Positions 12,591 through 28,630 of a stretch of DNA of 64,000 bases are shown here, piece by piece. This DNA comes from the human T2T-CHM13v2.0 reference genome, Homo sapiens, in NCBI RefSeq assembly GCF_009914755.1, contig NC_060925.1; one strand, written 5' to 3'. The position numbers and the translations under genes are program-made. Every line of letters starts with the position of its first letter. Position 1 is the stretch's first letter. Under the pieces are notes generated by a model that saw nothing but the letters and a program-made list of their open reading frames with translations, searched no databases and was not told where the DNA came from.

Positions 12591-13854
12591 CCTTCCAATT
12601 CCCTACTTGACCACAGAATATCTGAGTGTTGTCTTTACCACTGAAAAGGCAATATTTTCAGATTTCTGTCAAAATTTGCTTCTCCTCCTTGTTTTATACG
12701 TTAGACACCTTGAGGTCCCTTTCCCAGATATTTTCTCCAGCTGAGGATTCATTGAGTCCATGATAGTTTGTCTGAGCCATCATTACTGTGATGAGGAGTA
12801 AGGAGTTAACACACCATGTGACCTCAGGAATAATTTCTGTTACAGCAGTTCCCATGTGATCCATCAGGCTCTGAACATGAATTTTAATGGGCTCAGAACC
12901 ACTTCTCTACCCTGAGGTCACAGGCTGTCAGAGTGAATCTTCCACAAACTGATTGGAACCTGAAGAATTTGCTCTGTCAAGAGAGGTATGGATTTTTGCC
13001 TTCAGACCTCTAGGACATGCTGTCACCCTCTGTGGAACAAGAGGGAAATACCAAACCATTACTTTGTTAAGTATAGAGTTACTTATGGATTAACATGGGA
13101 CACCTCAGCTCACAAAGTTGCTACAAGATCTGACAATAGGAGCAATAGGAGCCTGGAGGTCTCATTCTGGTCTGGCTTTGCCACTTACAAGCCATGTGGT
13201 CATGGACAAGTTGCTTTATCTGTAGGTTCAGTTCATTTAATGGTAAAAGGAGGACTGGCTTTGAAAATCTCTGATTTTGTGGAACTAACCCAATGGGGGC
13301 AGATAGGAAGATGAAATATTGCGGTGAGATAGTGTCACCAAGGATACACAACAGGTTTTTTCCCCAAATGTTAGTAGGGAAAAAAGAATAAATAACTCTA
13401 TACTTCAGGGAACTCAGAGTCACTGATAACACCTCTGTTCACTTATCTAACATTTTGTTCATCTCTATTTACCAGCCTAAAAGCCATTTAAGGCCAAGGA
13501 TGGGCCACTCACCTCTGTATCCTCACCTTTATGCCTGTTTGTCATGTGTAGGAAAAAAGGCATAAACCTTAGGTGGTATGGAGAATGAGGAAAGGGGAGG
13601 AGAAGGAGAAATCCAAAAGATAGGTGGAAAACCATGGGAGCAAATCAAGGCAGGAAATCAGAGAAATCAAAGCCAGAGAGCATCTCAGGAAGAGCTGATG
13701 GCTACCAGCACTGAATACCACAGGTAGGCAAAAACATGCTGCAGAAAGGCTGAGCAAAAGGCCCTGCAGCTGGGGAATATCAGTGGTCAGGCTATGGAGA
13801 CTAGAATAGTTCCTCTGTTGTTACTTCACCTTGCAACTTAAAAAAATATATACA

Positions 13855-14144
13855 GGCTGGGCACAGTGGCTCACACCTGTAATCCCAACACTTTGGGAGG
13901 CTGAAGCAGGAAGACTGTTTGGGCCCAGGAGCTTGAGACCAGCCTAGACAACATGGTGAAACCCTGTCTCTACAAGAAATACAAAAAAATTAGCTGGGGG
14001 TGCTGGAGCATGCCTGTATTCCCAGCTATTAGGGGGGCTGAGGTGGTAGAATCACCGGAGTCTGGTGGGTTGAGGCCGTAGTGAGCCGTGATCACACCAC
14101 TGCACGGCAGCCTGGGAGACAGAGTGAGACCCTGTTTCAAAAAA
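13855..14144 (+). mobile_element. AluJ-type element
   Basis: Diverged dimeric Alu with J-type residues (gcccaggag, gagaccctgt). Confidence 0.92.
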
Positions 14145-14304
14145 CTTAATCTACGTATATATACAGAAATGGGCTTTTATGTTTTCATTTTTATAAATTG
14201 GGAAATTTTATACATATATTTCTCTATATCTTGCTTTTTTACTTTTCAAATGCTGTGAAATTCCTCCAGGTCATTTGGGAGAGATCTAAACTCTCTAACT
14301 CAAT

Positions 14305-14441
14305 ATTTTTTAAAGCAATATTTGACAAAATTTGTATATATTCAAGATGTATAACATGATAGTGTGTTATACATAAACATTGTGTAATGATTACCACAAT
14401 CAAATTAAAGAGCACATCCATCATCACCCATAGTTACCATT

Positions 14442-14476
<35 letters not shown>

Positions 14477-14530
14477 TGTGCATAATAAGGACACTTAAAA
14501 TCTGATCTTTTATCGAATTTCAAATAAATA
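14305..14530 (-). mobile_element. L1MA/MB 3' end fragment with (TG)n at ~14445-14476
   Basis: cattgtgtaatgattaccacaatcaaatt...catagttaccatt. Confidence 0.8.
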
Positions 14531-14656
14531 ATCAAAAAGTAAAAGCATTATTATCTCTAGAAAACAGGAAGACAGCACTGTCACTTAAGGTTGAATAAAC
14601 GAAATATTGAAGAAGTTAATTTCACCAAACATTACACAGTAATAGAAGATAAATGT

Positions 14657-15254
14657 CGTGAACTCAAAATATCTGAGAGAGGTCTCAGTCAATTTAGAAA
14701 GTTTATTTTGCCAAGGTTAAGGATGCACCTGTGACACAATCTCAGGAGGTCCTGACAACATGTGCCCAGGATGATTGGGGTACAGCTTGCTTTTATACAT
14801 TTTAGGGAGACGTGAGACATCAGTCAATATGTGTAAGATGTATATTGGTTCGGTTGGGTAAGGCAGGACAACTTGAGATGGGGACTTCCAGGTCATAAGT
14901 AGACAAGAGACAAAGGTAGCATTCTTTTGAGTCCTTGATCAGTCTTCCACTGAATACACAGCTGAGTCTGGCTCCATGAATCTGCATTTTTACATAAGCA
15001 ATAGGGCAGAGGAAGTAATCAGATATGTATTTGTCTCAGGTGAGCCTCAGAAGGATGACTTTGATTTCTTTCTGACCTTTGTCCACAAGGAATTTCCTTG
15101 CTGACAAATTGTGAGGGAGATATGTAGCTTTTTATCTTTGTAGCTATCTTATTTAGAAATAAAATGGGAGGCAGGTTTGCCTGACATATTTCCTAGCTTG
15201 ACTTTTCCCCTGGCTTAGTGACTTTGGGGTCTTGAGATTTATTTTCCTTTCACA
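14657..15254 (-). mobile_element. MER4A/MER4A1 ERV1 solo LTR
   Basis: Ends atttattttcctttcaca (reverse complement TGTGAAAGGAAAATAAAT); 4-bp TSD atgt/gtgt. Confidence 0.88.
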
Positions 15255-15529
15255 GTGTCAAATCTATACTCCTGATGTGTCTTTTAGTTCCCACTCCCTT
15301 TAGACTATATTACACACTTCTTACTGATGTGACATGGGCTACTTAGTGAACAGGGGCAGAATGGTCCAGTAATTGGCTAAGAGTACGTCAAGATCCAGCA
15401 GATTGATGTACACAGCACCATAGGCTTACTTCCCACAACATCCTTGAATGAAATAAAAGGAAAAATCCAAACTACTTGGTAGTAAAGAATTGGAAAAAAT
15501 AGCAGAAGATTAGAATACGTAGTAAATGA

Positions 15530-16860
15530 CAAATGGGAAATATGAATACTTGATGAACATTATGTTCAAATGACTATCTCAGCAGAACATTCTTTATCTA
15601 CAGAAAGGATTGGCTTAAGTAAAGCTATTATGATGGTATTAAATGCTAACTTCAAATTAGAGACCAACTCCAAAACAGAAAAAGAAAATGTTTTTAAGCA
15701 GTACCCTTTATATAATCTGGTATCGGTTTTGAGGAATAACAGAGTACATTCTGAGAAAAAAAAATTGGAAACACCTAAAGGGTAAGGAAATCATGAACCA
15801 GAAGTATGGATTTCTGCATTACAAATTGTATCAGATTCTTTTTTTGGATAATAGTTAATAACACTCGTGAGAAAAAAGTAGAGTAGATGTTATTTATTAG
15901 AGTTTTTATAGACTATCTGGTTTAGAAATTGCAAAATTATATTTTTAATTTATTTTGAGAGTTAGTTCCAATTGGCAGAGACTAAAATATGTTGCAAAGA
16001 CTGCTTGTAGAAGAACCAAGAAAGGAAGAATTCAAGGTGTTAGAGTTTAAGAAGCAATATGTTTTACATCTCTTTCTTATAAACATTTTCATTGCTTCTC
16101 TGAAAGAAAAATAAATTGGAACATTAATGAAATTGGCATTTAAGTCCTTAGTTTGAGAATGTTAGTGAACACTAAAAAATTGGCAGAATTGAGAGATGAA
16201 ATTATTTCTCTTCTTTCTCTGGATTTTAGGAGAGATCAGAAGGAGAAAAATTATTTATTCATTTATTCACTCAAACATTTCTTTCTCCATGGTCACATTG
16301 GTGCCATAATAAATGCAACACAAAGATGTAAAAAGAAAATAGCTATTCTTTATTATTTAAATTATCCTCATCTTAATTTTCTTATCTGTAAAATGGAGAT
16401 TATAACCACTAATTCTGAGAGTTATTGTGAGCATTAAATGTGATGACCTATGTAAAACAGCACAATGCTTAGTGTACAGGAATGGTGTTAATAACAAACC
16501 TTATTGAGCACTTACTATGTGCTAGGTACTCTGTTAAATTTTTTGTATACATTTATTCATCTGATGCTCGTAACAACCTTATGGTGGATGGAATCATCTT
16601 AATCCCATTTTATGGTTGAAGAAACTGTTGTTTAGAGAGTTTAAGTAACTCGTCCAAGTTTGTAAGTAGTTTGGCTGAGGTTCAAACTTAGAGAGTTTGA
16701 CTCCATTGCTTGTACCTGGGAGCTATTATGGTTATTACTTTAACTACTAGGCTAAGCTGAAATTGCAGCAATAGGAATTTAAATTCAGACATAACGTTCT
16801 TAACTATAGAGATTATGGGAAAAATGGAATGGAAGTTTTTAAAGTATGAAAATCCTGAGA
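15530..16860 (+). mobile_element. Highly diverged CR1/L3 LINE relic interrupted by MIRs (~16365-16480 plus, ~16490-16720 minus)
   Basis: Degenerate CR1 RT-like stretches (ttcttttttggata..gtagatgttatttatt; acattttcatt..atgaaattggca) and a CR1 3'-like stretch (ttgcagcaataggaatttaaattcagacataa). Confidence 0.5.
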
Positions 16861-17476
16861 GACTTTTAAGCACATCCCAGACATCAGTTGGGGTCCTACT
16901 ATCCCTTGGAGACTTAGGTCAATTTGGTTTAAAATTTCAGTTTGGTACCAATACAAGTTTAGAGCTACTTCTACAATTTCTGTGAATTCTCAGTGGCGTC
17001 CTTCTTCAAGTTTTCTTTGTCTTAGATTCATCCTGCATCATCCAGACACAATTTCTACTTTCCCCAAGTATGTCATTAGTTTAGTGTTTTTACTGAAGAT
17101 CTGAGAGGTTATGGGAGAAGTAACATCACACACAATATTGCTAACTTCCTGGCCTTATCTCCATTCTTCCTCATTTTACACAAGAGGAAATATGCTTGAT
17201 AAACATGCTGATTTCAACCACCTTGTAACCGGGACCCCAGGCAGGATTCTTCCTATTGGCAGATAGGCTGATCATGCCACTGCAGGTGAGGAGACAAACC
17301 TCTTTTTCATCCATCTAGGTATTCTTCTTAAGCCTTGAATTTTCTTTCCATTAACAAAAGAAAAATAAAACCAGAATCATCAAAGCTAATGTAAGTCAAT
17401 CCTCCAAGTAAAGTCCTCTTGAGAGGCCAAGAGGTCAAAACTAGAAACAGTAAGATTACATTAAAAGTTAGAAATG

Positions 17477-17648
<172 letters not shown>

Positions 17649-18219
17649 GACAGAAATGTTTGTAAAGCATTCATTTGTATGGACCACAGTGAGGAGATTC
17701 TTTGCCACCTGATTTCCAGTTGGGTTGGGCCAAAGGGAAGCCCTGGCAGGAGATTGGAAAGAAGGAAGAGAACGGGGTCAGGTTGTTTATTTACTTCAGT
17801 CTCCTTTTTGGACACTAAGTGATCATTAACCTGAGGCCAGAAGGCCAGTCAGTCAACTCCAGGGAGAAAATTGGCAGAAGAGAGAACTTTGCAATGCTTT
17901 ATGCTCCTGTGGATATATAAGCACATGTCAGTATAGCCAACTAAATATATAGCTTCCCTTAGTCTTGACACATGCAAAACTTTTTTTTTAATTCATGTTG
18001 AAAGGAATGTTAGAATGTTTCTTCTAACATTGTTAGAAGAATGTTAGAAACTAGTTTCTTCCTTACAAGGGAATTATCTTTATAATAGGCCCTCTTGCCT
18101 GCAGGCGATCTGTATGCAAGCAGATTGGTACAGAGAGATCTGTGTTCCAATTCAGGCTTGGTATCTACTAATTTAATGAAAGGAAGGTTTACAATAGTCA
18201 AATCATTTATTTACCAGTG

Positions 18220-18630
18220 CAATTCATCATTTAACATATAATTACTGAGTATGTAGTTGTATCAGGCCCTGTGCTAGGCACTGAGAAAACAGCAGTGAAC
18301 GACAAGCTCCCTACTTTCAGGGTGCTTACATTTCAGTGGCAACAAAAAAATCTGTAATATTCTAAGAGAAAAATAAGGCAGGGCAAGAGAACAAAGCATT
18401 ATAGGGGAGGGGCTCCGAGATAAGGTGACATGTGAACAGAGATCTAAATAGAATAAGGGAGGGAGCCATGTGGAAATTTAGGGGAAGAGTGTCTTAGGCA
18501 GAGGGAACCGCCAGTTCAAAGGCTTTGAGACTGGAGTGTGCTTGGTGTGTTTCAGGAACAGAGCAGAAGCCAGAATGGTGGCTGGAGCTGACTGAGGCAG
18601 AAATGGGTAAAAGATGAGATCAGAGAAGTA
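18220..18630 (-). mobile_element. L2a fragment
   Basis: caggccctgtgctaggcactgagaaaacagcagtgaac...cttggtgtgtttcaggaac. Confidence 0.85.
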
Positions 18631-19579
18631 ACCTTTCCTTTCTAGCAAATTCACCTAATTTTCCTTTCTCTACTGGACTGTTGTGAAGTCTTAAAGTTTG
18701 AGGGCAGTGTTTATAAAAAGTGACTAATGGAATATTCCTCGTGTGAGAAGTCCTGATGGTTCTGACATGGGGTAGGGTTCACACCTTGTTTCCACATTTC
18801 TCTAGATTCCTTTCCCATCCTAGTAATAGGCCCAGCAAAAATTCATATTGTTCAAAAAGACTGAGAAATACTTTATTTTTAAGTCATAGCCTGATTTCTA
18901 ATCAAGTGAATTTTTTTTTGGCATGATTAGAAGTGAATTTCTTTAGCTCCAAATTAGTTTCCAGCCTTTATTTATTCCATTATGATTTATGTGGCCACGC
19001 ATGCTTTCTGTAACCTTCCATTATTTCTTTGGATCCATGTTTTGGCCAGGGCAGTCAGTCCTACCCACCATAATATAAAGAACTCTTACAGATTTTTAAG
19101 GAAGTTTTTCACTTATAGAAAGTAATAAAAGTATTAATTTCCTTTTCAGATTATTTAAATGGCTCATAAAACAGCCTCATTTACTGAGCCTACATTTCCT
19201 TGTGTCCCAAATAACCAAGAGAGGGTGTATGGTCTAGGGCACTAAAGCATTTATGCACACTGGTGGTCTGAAAGGTTTAATGTCTCTTCCTGGAGTGATT
19301 AATTTAAAGCAGGGCAAGACTGGCTCAACATTATTATTTCATCTTAACTGAATCTGGAAATCCAGAGTGAGCCATTATTTAACTCTGTTGAAGAAAAAGA
19401 AATGCATGTTCATAATTGTTACCTATTATTAAAGCAATTCCTCAATTGTTCCTCGTACCTAGGAGGCAAAGCTCATATCACCTTGAACAGGAGACAGGAA
19501 GTGGCAGAGTCATTTCTGTCTATTGATGAGGCAGGGACTTAGGGAGCAGAGTAATTGGAGTTTAGTTGAGGCATGAGGC

Positions 19580-19910
19580 TTCTATAATTTTATAAATTGA
19601 GCAAAAAGCTGATAATTTATTTCTAAAGAAAAAATAAATCCCAAGAATTAACAACTAAAAAAATTCGCCAATATTATAAACATCACAAAATGAAGAAAAA
19701 TAGCATAATATTTTAAATTAATTAACTCTCTCACTTACCACTATGCATTCTTTTTACGTTTTTGACTGCATACTCTTTGATGAAACTTTCTTACTAATAA
19801 GATTCTGTAATATTTTATACAGAGAATATAAAGATATCTTAGTCTTTCCTTTAGCACAGTTGATTGAAATTTACTTTTTATTACTCATAGTTTAGATGAC
19901 CAAAACTGTG
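19580..19910. mobile_element. Possible hAT-Tip100 (Zaphod-like) DNA transposon fragment
   Basis: AT-rich stretch resembling a recalled consensus (tttgactgcatactctttgat; gcacagttgattgaaattt). Confidence 0.4.
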
Positions 19911-20040
19911 GCTTACTATGGAGACTTATTTGCTGTTTTTCTCTACTGCTCCAAGTTTGTGGTCTATCAAATAGGAATTTTGATAGTTCTAGTATTTCTT
20001 AGCAATGGTTTAGGTTCAGAAACACATGCTGAGAAAATGA

Positions 20041-20187
20041 GTTGTTGATTGTATGTATGGATAGAGAAAAACCTGGGATAGGAAAACCTGGGATAGTTCT
20101 TGATTGTATGTATGGATAGAGAAAAACCTGGGATAGGAAAACCTGGGATAGTTCTTGATTGTATGTATTGATAAAGCAAAACCTGGG
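20041..20187. repeat. 55-bp minisatellite, ~2.7 copies
   Basis: Unit gttcttgattgtatgtatggatagagaaaaacctgggataggaaaacctgggata at 20041, 20096 and 20151 (partial). Confidence 0.95.
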
Positions 20188-20285
20188 TAGATTAGGGTAC
20201 TGCGTTTTGGGGCATGCTGTACTTTCAGGAATCCTTCACTGTAGAGATTAATGTAGGTAAGCAGTACAGGGGAAAAAGTGCCCCT

Positions 20286-20286
<1 letters not shown>

Positions 20287-20320
<34 letters not shown>

Positions 20321-20327
20321 ACACACA
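20287..20327. repeat. (CA)n microsatellite
   Basis: Direct reading. Confidence 0.95.
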
Positions 20328-21067
20328 GCTGGGTCTGAGTCCTTTCCTTCCGTGAGTACCCTTTCAATGATATTCTGTATTTTTCCCCCTATTCAAGCCT
20401 GTCTGTGATGTATATTTTAACTTGATCTCATTTAGATAGGATGTTGGCACCCTGTGCTTATGTGTAGTATTTTGTTGGCTACTGGCACTTGGTTGAACAT
20501 ATGGCAAGTACAAGGTTAATCCACTCACTTGGAAATAGTAGCAACTCTTCTTGACATAACTGCATCCTATAGAGTCCATTTATATTTTGCTGCGATTTGA
20601 GAAATTTGGCTCTACTTATACCAGAAACAAAATAGGCCACTTCAAACTTTTTTTTTTTTTTCTTCAGCGAGAGCTTCCAATTAAAAGGAAGAAGGAAGAA
20701 CAGGACATATTTTCTGTAAGAACAAAAAATGCCACATGGTGCTTACCCTACCTGGCTGATTTCTCTGTTAGGAATATAATCTTCACAAGGCAGAGAGTAT
20801 TTTTCTTATCAGGTATCTTCTTTGTTGCTCTCATGCTCCTTAAGAGAATTTTTACAGACTTTTTTCTCCCTTCCACATTTTTAAGTTGACAACTAAAATA
20901 TTTAACATAAGTTTATATAGTTTCAAAGGATATAATTTCCTGAACATTTAAATGGAAATTTTTAAAGTAAAACTGTCACCTCACTTTTAAATGAGCACTT
21001 TTTACAGGAATTTTATATCTGCTATCATCTATTTTAAAGGCATACAAATATCTTCTTTAAAAATTAG

Positions 21068-23188
<2,121 letters not shown>

Positions 23189-24179
23189 AAAAATTAGACA
23201 TTTTTGTAATTCTTTTTTCTCTTTGATATTTTATTTCCATTCCACTTCCTCTTAGACTTTTACACCAATGCAATATAATTTTAAAAGTGAATATCTGTTA
23301 TTGGTTACCCTTTTATATGCCTATACAACAAAAATTTTAAAATTTCCATTCTGTGTTTTTTTCACTACCTCCATAGTCAGAACTTTATGTCTAAATTTAG
23401 ATTCCTTTTGCTACATTTTTAGCTCTGCCTACTAGTTGCAATAAAAATTTTCTATGGTCCTAGAGTTTGAAGACCTATAATTTTCTTCTGTATTATCATA
23501 ACAGTTATTTTTCATATGGAAGTGATCAAAAATACACACAAATTATAATTTTTAAATATCAAAAATAATATTGTATTGGAGATGCTTTTCTTAGCATGAT
23601 CGGTGGTCAGGTTTTATGGTGCTTTGATTAAATGAGGTGACACAAATATTTCAAATTATTCCTTTGTTTGACATCCCAGAGATTATTACATCGCAAGACA
23701 ATGCATCGCTCCAGCAAGGATAACAAAGCGAATGGGAAGGAAAGGGTTATGAAGAGTTCATGGAAGGCACCTTAGGCAGACTACTTTTAGGAAAGAGTGG
23801 ATGTGGAAGCTAAGTATCTGGAAATTGATTTCCTTAGAACAGTTTGTGTTTGCATGTCTTCTGAAAGGTTTTATGTACTCCCAAGAGTAAGTATACCTGT
23901 TTGAAGAAGCTGCTCAATATAGTTCTTAAAATAGTCTACAAACATGTTACCCCAGCATAGTAAGAAATAGGAGTACAGCCAGAAATGAGAGTGGGAATGA
24001 TTAGAGAGACCTCTTTGAGGCCTTGGTCGTGGGCAGGAGCACAGTGGGCCGGGCTCTTTCTAGATGTGCTTTAATCATCAGGAATTCTGATACAATTATA
24101 TTTTGACTATGATATATAAGCTTCATTTGATTACTGTTGCCAAATATTTTTTGCTCTTCACGAAGTAAACCTCTTTTTA

Positions 24180-24280
24180 AAACTTTTTAACTGGCAAATA
24201 ATAATTGCATCTATTTAGGGAGTACATTGTGATGTTTTGATACATGATTACATTGTGGAATGATTTAATCAATCTACTTA
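24180..24280 (-). mobile_element. L1MA 3'-terminal fragment
   Basis: aataataattgcatctatttagggagtacattgtgatgttttgatacatg. Confidence 0.75.
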
Positions 24281-27200
24281 AATTTAGTGAAAATAACTTA
24301 AGCTATTAATCTCAGCCTTGGTGGCTTCTCCTAATTTATGCTTACACAAGAGGCTATCTTCATTGTGAAATGTCACAGACTCTCACAAGCAAGAGAAGAA
24401 AATGTAGAGAAGCCCCTCAAATAAAATGCATTAGGTTAATTCATACCGACAAATGTGACACACTTAAAATTGTTCCTAACATCAGTTCATGATTTATTTC
24501 AAAAGTTCTTAATATTCAAAAATGCTCAATAATTTAAAGTATTTCAATGTATATAGCAAATAAACCCTGCTATTAAAACAAAAGAATCAGGTTCATTTCA
24601 GAAGAGTGAAAACTAGCAAGATCTTACTGTAAATCAACTGTTTGTTTTCAATTATTTGGCATGAGATCTTACATATTTTTAACCCATGTTTTAATTCTCG
24701 TAGATACCCTGTTGCAAAAGTTCTGAAACATTGTGAGAAAAAGTGTTTTTGTAGCACTTTGGCAATGGGAGCCTCACTTCACTCTGTTATGTAATGTCCC
24801 ATCCAGTTTTTAGTTAAACCTGGAAACACCTTTGTCCTTAGGTGAAGCAGCAAGTCTTGCTTAAGCAAAGCTGGTGAAATCAGAGCCTGGTCCAAGGCTC
24901 AGAAGCGTTTGCGGGGAAAAGCAAACACTTTTTGTGGGAGAAGGAAACAAAGGAGAAGAGAGGAGGAGGAAGAAATTGAAAAAGAAGGGGAAGAGAAGAG
25001 GAAAAGAAAAAGAGACGCTGAGAGAAAGAAAAACAGAGAGCTGTGTGTGATTGGATGCCATGACTCCTCAGTCTTAGTGCTAATGCCGTTGTTACCTAAC
25101 TCTATTTAGGGAACTTTCCAGAACAAAGCGAAGCTTTGTGGGCCTGGCTTTCAGAACTTATGCAACAATTGTTTTGGGAGCAGACTGAAAATTTTACAAG
25201 AGAACTGAGTTTTCAGGAGACTGACGGTGTGACCAAAAGATCAAAGGTTTGGTGCAGTGGGACTAAGTTTCAGGCAGCCTTTCAAATTGTGAAGACTTTC
25301 CTCCCTGTTATGGCAGTTAAGACATGTGAAAATGGTAGTTCGAGACACTTATAAGCAACTTTCTTCTTAGTTCACAATGTTCCATGAATGTCAGTGCCCT
25401 CCAAACTCACGAGAACAAAGCAGGCAACCAGGATGATTACTCCCAAATCATTGATAAAAGGAGAGAGAAGTACAGAGATACACAGTGATTTGTGTGGGTT
25501 GCCAAAAAGTTGCACGGTCAGTTTGACAACTGTTATTGCCTTCAGGTTGACAAATTGCAAAAGCAGCATTGCTGTGTATGGGTGGGGAGGGAGGAGGAAT
25601 TGCATGAGTAAGAATGAGATGAGCAATAGTTAGGTGGGGTGGAAATGAAATCTCAACAGTTATTGGGGATTCTGATGTATTTATCAAACCAAAAGACGAT
25701 CTAAAAGCCATACAATCAGACTTAGATTAGGGCAGTCTGTGATAAGCAAAAGTTAATATAGTGTGTTGTTTTTGAAAATATGGCATGATAATTAATAGCA
25801 ACTCTTTTTGTATACTTGCTTGGTTAACAGGAGGAAACACAGATAAATTAAATACTGGTTAGCAATCTTTAATAACCAGGAGATGCTTAACATTTATTTA
25901 GAAATCTGCAACATTTTATAAATCATTGTTTTGGCTTCTGGGACAAACTCAGAATCTGGAACCCACGGAAACCCTTCAGTTACACAAAGGCTTTCCAGTT
26001 CATTGCTACTGCACTGAAGAACAGTCTTCACAACTATACCTGGAACTTATTAGGCCAAGAAGGCAAGGCGTTGGTATGTGTTTTTATTGTAGTTAAACTT
26101 ATCTGGATTTAAAAGGCATTAACTATCTTCTGATTTCTTCCTTTTTCTTCAATTGTACAAGAGTGTTTCAATTGAATATTGCAACTGAAGACATTCACTC
26201 TGCGTTGATCACCTATGGAGTGATCAAATTTCAACCCTTTGAAGTTTCCTAAATGTAAGCCTTCTTCTTAAATATCCTTAAAGCAGCATTTTTAAGCCTG
26301 TAAAGATCCATGAGCCCAAGAATCCCTGCCTGAAGTGCTTTTGGCTTCAGTCATCCAGTTTCAGTCTTCCCATTGTTCAGTTACCCAGATAACAGTTAAC
26401 CAGATCCTGGTTTTCTCTCATGCCTTGTGGCTAAAGTCATGTTTACCCCAATTGATAAAAATGAAAATGAAAATTATTTATGCAGAAATTCATTCTGGTA
26501 CTACAACTCTCCTTTCCGTCACAATTTTAGAAGCTTAACCATGATATGCAAAGTGCATTCTGAGGATGACTAACTAGTCATAGTTGAAGGGTTTGGATAA
26601 CAAAATAGCAGAATAGGACAGGGCCAGGTAATAGTCCTCATCTAAATTTGACTCCAAGGAGCACCAGCACTATTATCAACTCCCACTGCAGTTAAATTAA
26701 GATGCTTTTTCCAGAAGGAGTGAACATTCAGACGTAGTAAATTTACAGGGGCAGCTTCCAAAAGTGACGTGTTTCTCCTGGATTATTCCACTCAGAATTC
26801 TAGTTAGGAACAACACTGATTAACCCCAGAACACAGTTTCTTGGAGAATCTTCTATTAACCTGACTAGTTTCATGAACTTAGAGAAAACTTAGAGAAGCT
26901 TATAATTAATTATGGCCAATTATGCAAAGCTAAACCTCTGACAAGCTGTATCTATAAAAAGATATGAGACTGACTTTATTTTTTCTTTTCTGAAAGGAAA
27001 GAGGCACTCTGAATTCAAAGGCTGTTTGAATGAACTGACTGCTTCAGCACTGTCTTGTAGATATAGTCCATTCAAATAAAAGACAAATATCTGACTGAAT
27101 TTTGTTAGCACGTTAAGACATGTATTATAAAAAGGTTTAAGAAGAAAATAATGGCCACAATTCTTCAGAAAACATGTGAACTAATGTGACAAAACACTGT

Positions 27201-27299
27201 GGTGTTGCAAACTCAAGGTAAAATGAAGTGAATGAGAAAACAAATTTCCCCACAGTTAAGTTGTATCACAATGTTTATTTATCTTTAATTCACCCATCT

Positions 27300-27925
27300 T
27301 TATCCCATTTCTACCAGTGCTGCTCTGGCCAAGTCACCTCGCTGAAATCTCCACTTCCACTTGTGCAACCTACCAAGCCACTCTCTACACAGCTGCCAGA
27401 GTGATTACAAAAACAACGCGGGATTATGCTACCCCTGCTTATCTAAAATTTGTCAAAATGCCCGTTACACTTTGAATAAAATACAGATTCCTCTCAGATC
27501 TCATTTCTTATCATGTCTTTCTCAATCATTATGTTCCAGCCTCACTGACCTTCTTTCTGTTCCTGTAAAATATTCCTGCCTCAAGGGCGCAGGCCTACGA
27601 CCTGCAGTTCTCTTTTTCCCACATGTGACCAGGCTCTCTCTTAGCCATCAGGTCTCAAATAAGCTCTTTCCGTTCTGTCTAGGCATCTTATCAAAATCAA
27701 CCTGTGTATTATTATTCATTTATCACATAATCTTGTTTTATTTTCCTCATAGCACTCTCACTTTCTGAAATTATCTTTGTTTATATGTTTAATGCCCTTC
27801 TTTTCCACTAGAATGGAAACTCAAAGATCAAGAAACTTATCTGGCCTTTTCACTGTTGAATTGCCAAAATTTTGAACAGTGCCTAACATACAGTAAAGGC
27901 TCAATAAATAAATAAATAAATGTTC
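27300..27925 (+). mobile_element. L2a 3' region
   Basis: Ends acagtgcctaacatacagtaaaggctcaataaataaat. Confidence 0.8.
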
Positions 27926-28349
27926 AGCTCTCTTGGCTGTCTCTGCAGTGATCAAGAATATTTTGATGTCTCTCAAAAGAACTATATGCTTATAGTAGCC
28001 TCTGTAGTTCTTGGGTTTGAGTTGTGGAATTACGTGTAGGTGAAACAAAATTATAATGAAAACCTTCGTTTTTAAACCCTTTTGGGCAGAGTCTCATAGA
28101 ATCTCATTTTATAGACAAGTAGGGTCAGGGATTTGGGAAATGGGGAATTAAATTAGTATTTTTGAATGCTTATGTTTTAGACACTGTGATAGGCATTTGA
28201 TATATGTAAAGGCAATGTGCAATCTTCTAAATTGAATTCCATATGACTTAGACTGTTTAGGGGGATGGGCTTGTGATCAAGACTGTATGAAGTCAGGGAT
28301 AGCTAGATAGAATTAGGGATAGCAAAGGGACAGATGCTAAGATTATGGA

Positions 28350-28630
28350 CAGTATGATATTGTAGGATATTGTAGAAAAAGTGTGAGCTTCAAATCAGGT
28401 CTGAGCTCAAATCCTGATCTGCCACTTTTACTAGTTGTGTGACCTTGTGTAAGGTACTTACAATTTTAGTGTGGCTCATTTTTCTTATTTATAAGGAATA
28501 GAGAACAAACAGCATTTACAAATGATTAATTCACAGTGTTGTGAAGATTTAGTGACATAATATTTTAATATGTAAAATAACTAGGCCTATTGCCTTTCAC
28601 ATAATAGATGCTTAATAACTGGCAAGTTAT
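28350..28630 (+). mobile_element. MIR
   Basis: tcaaatcctgatctgccacttttactagttgtgtgaccttg. Confidence 0.8.

Noticed and set aside
20041-20187. Repeat array as CRISPR-like
   Set aside because: No unique spacers; simple tandem duplication in primate DNA
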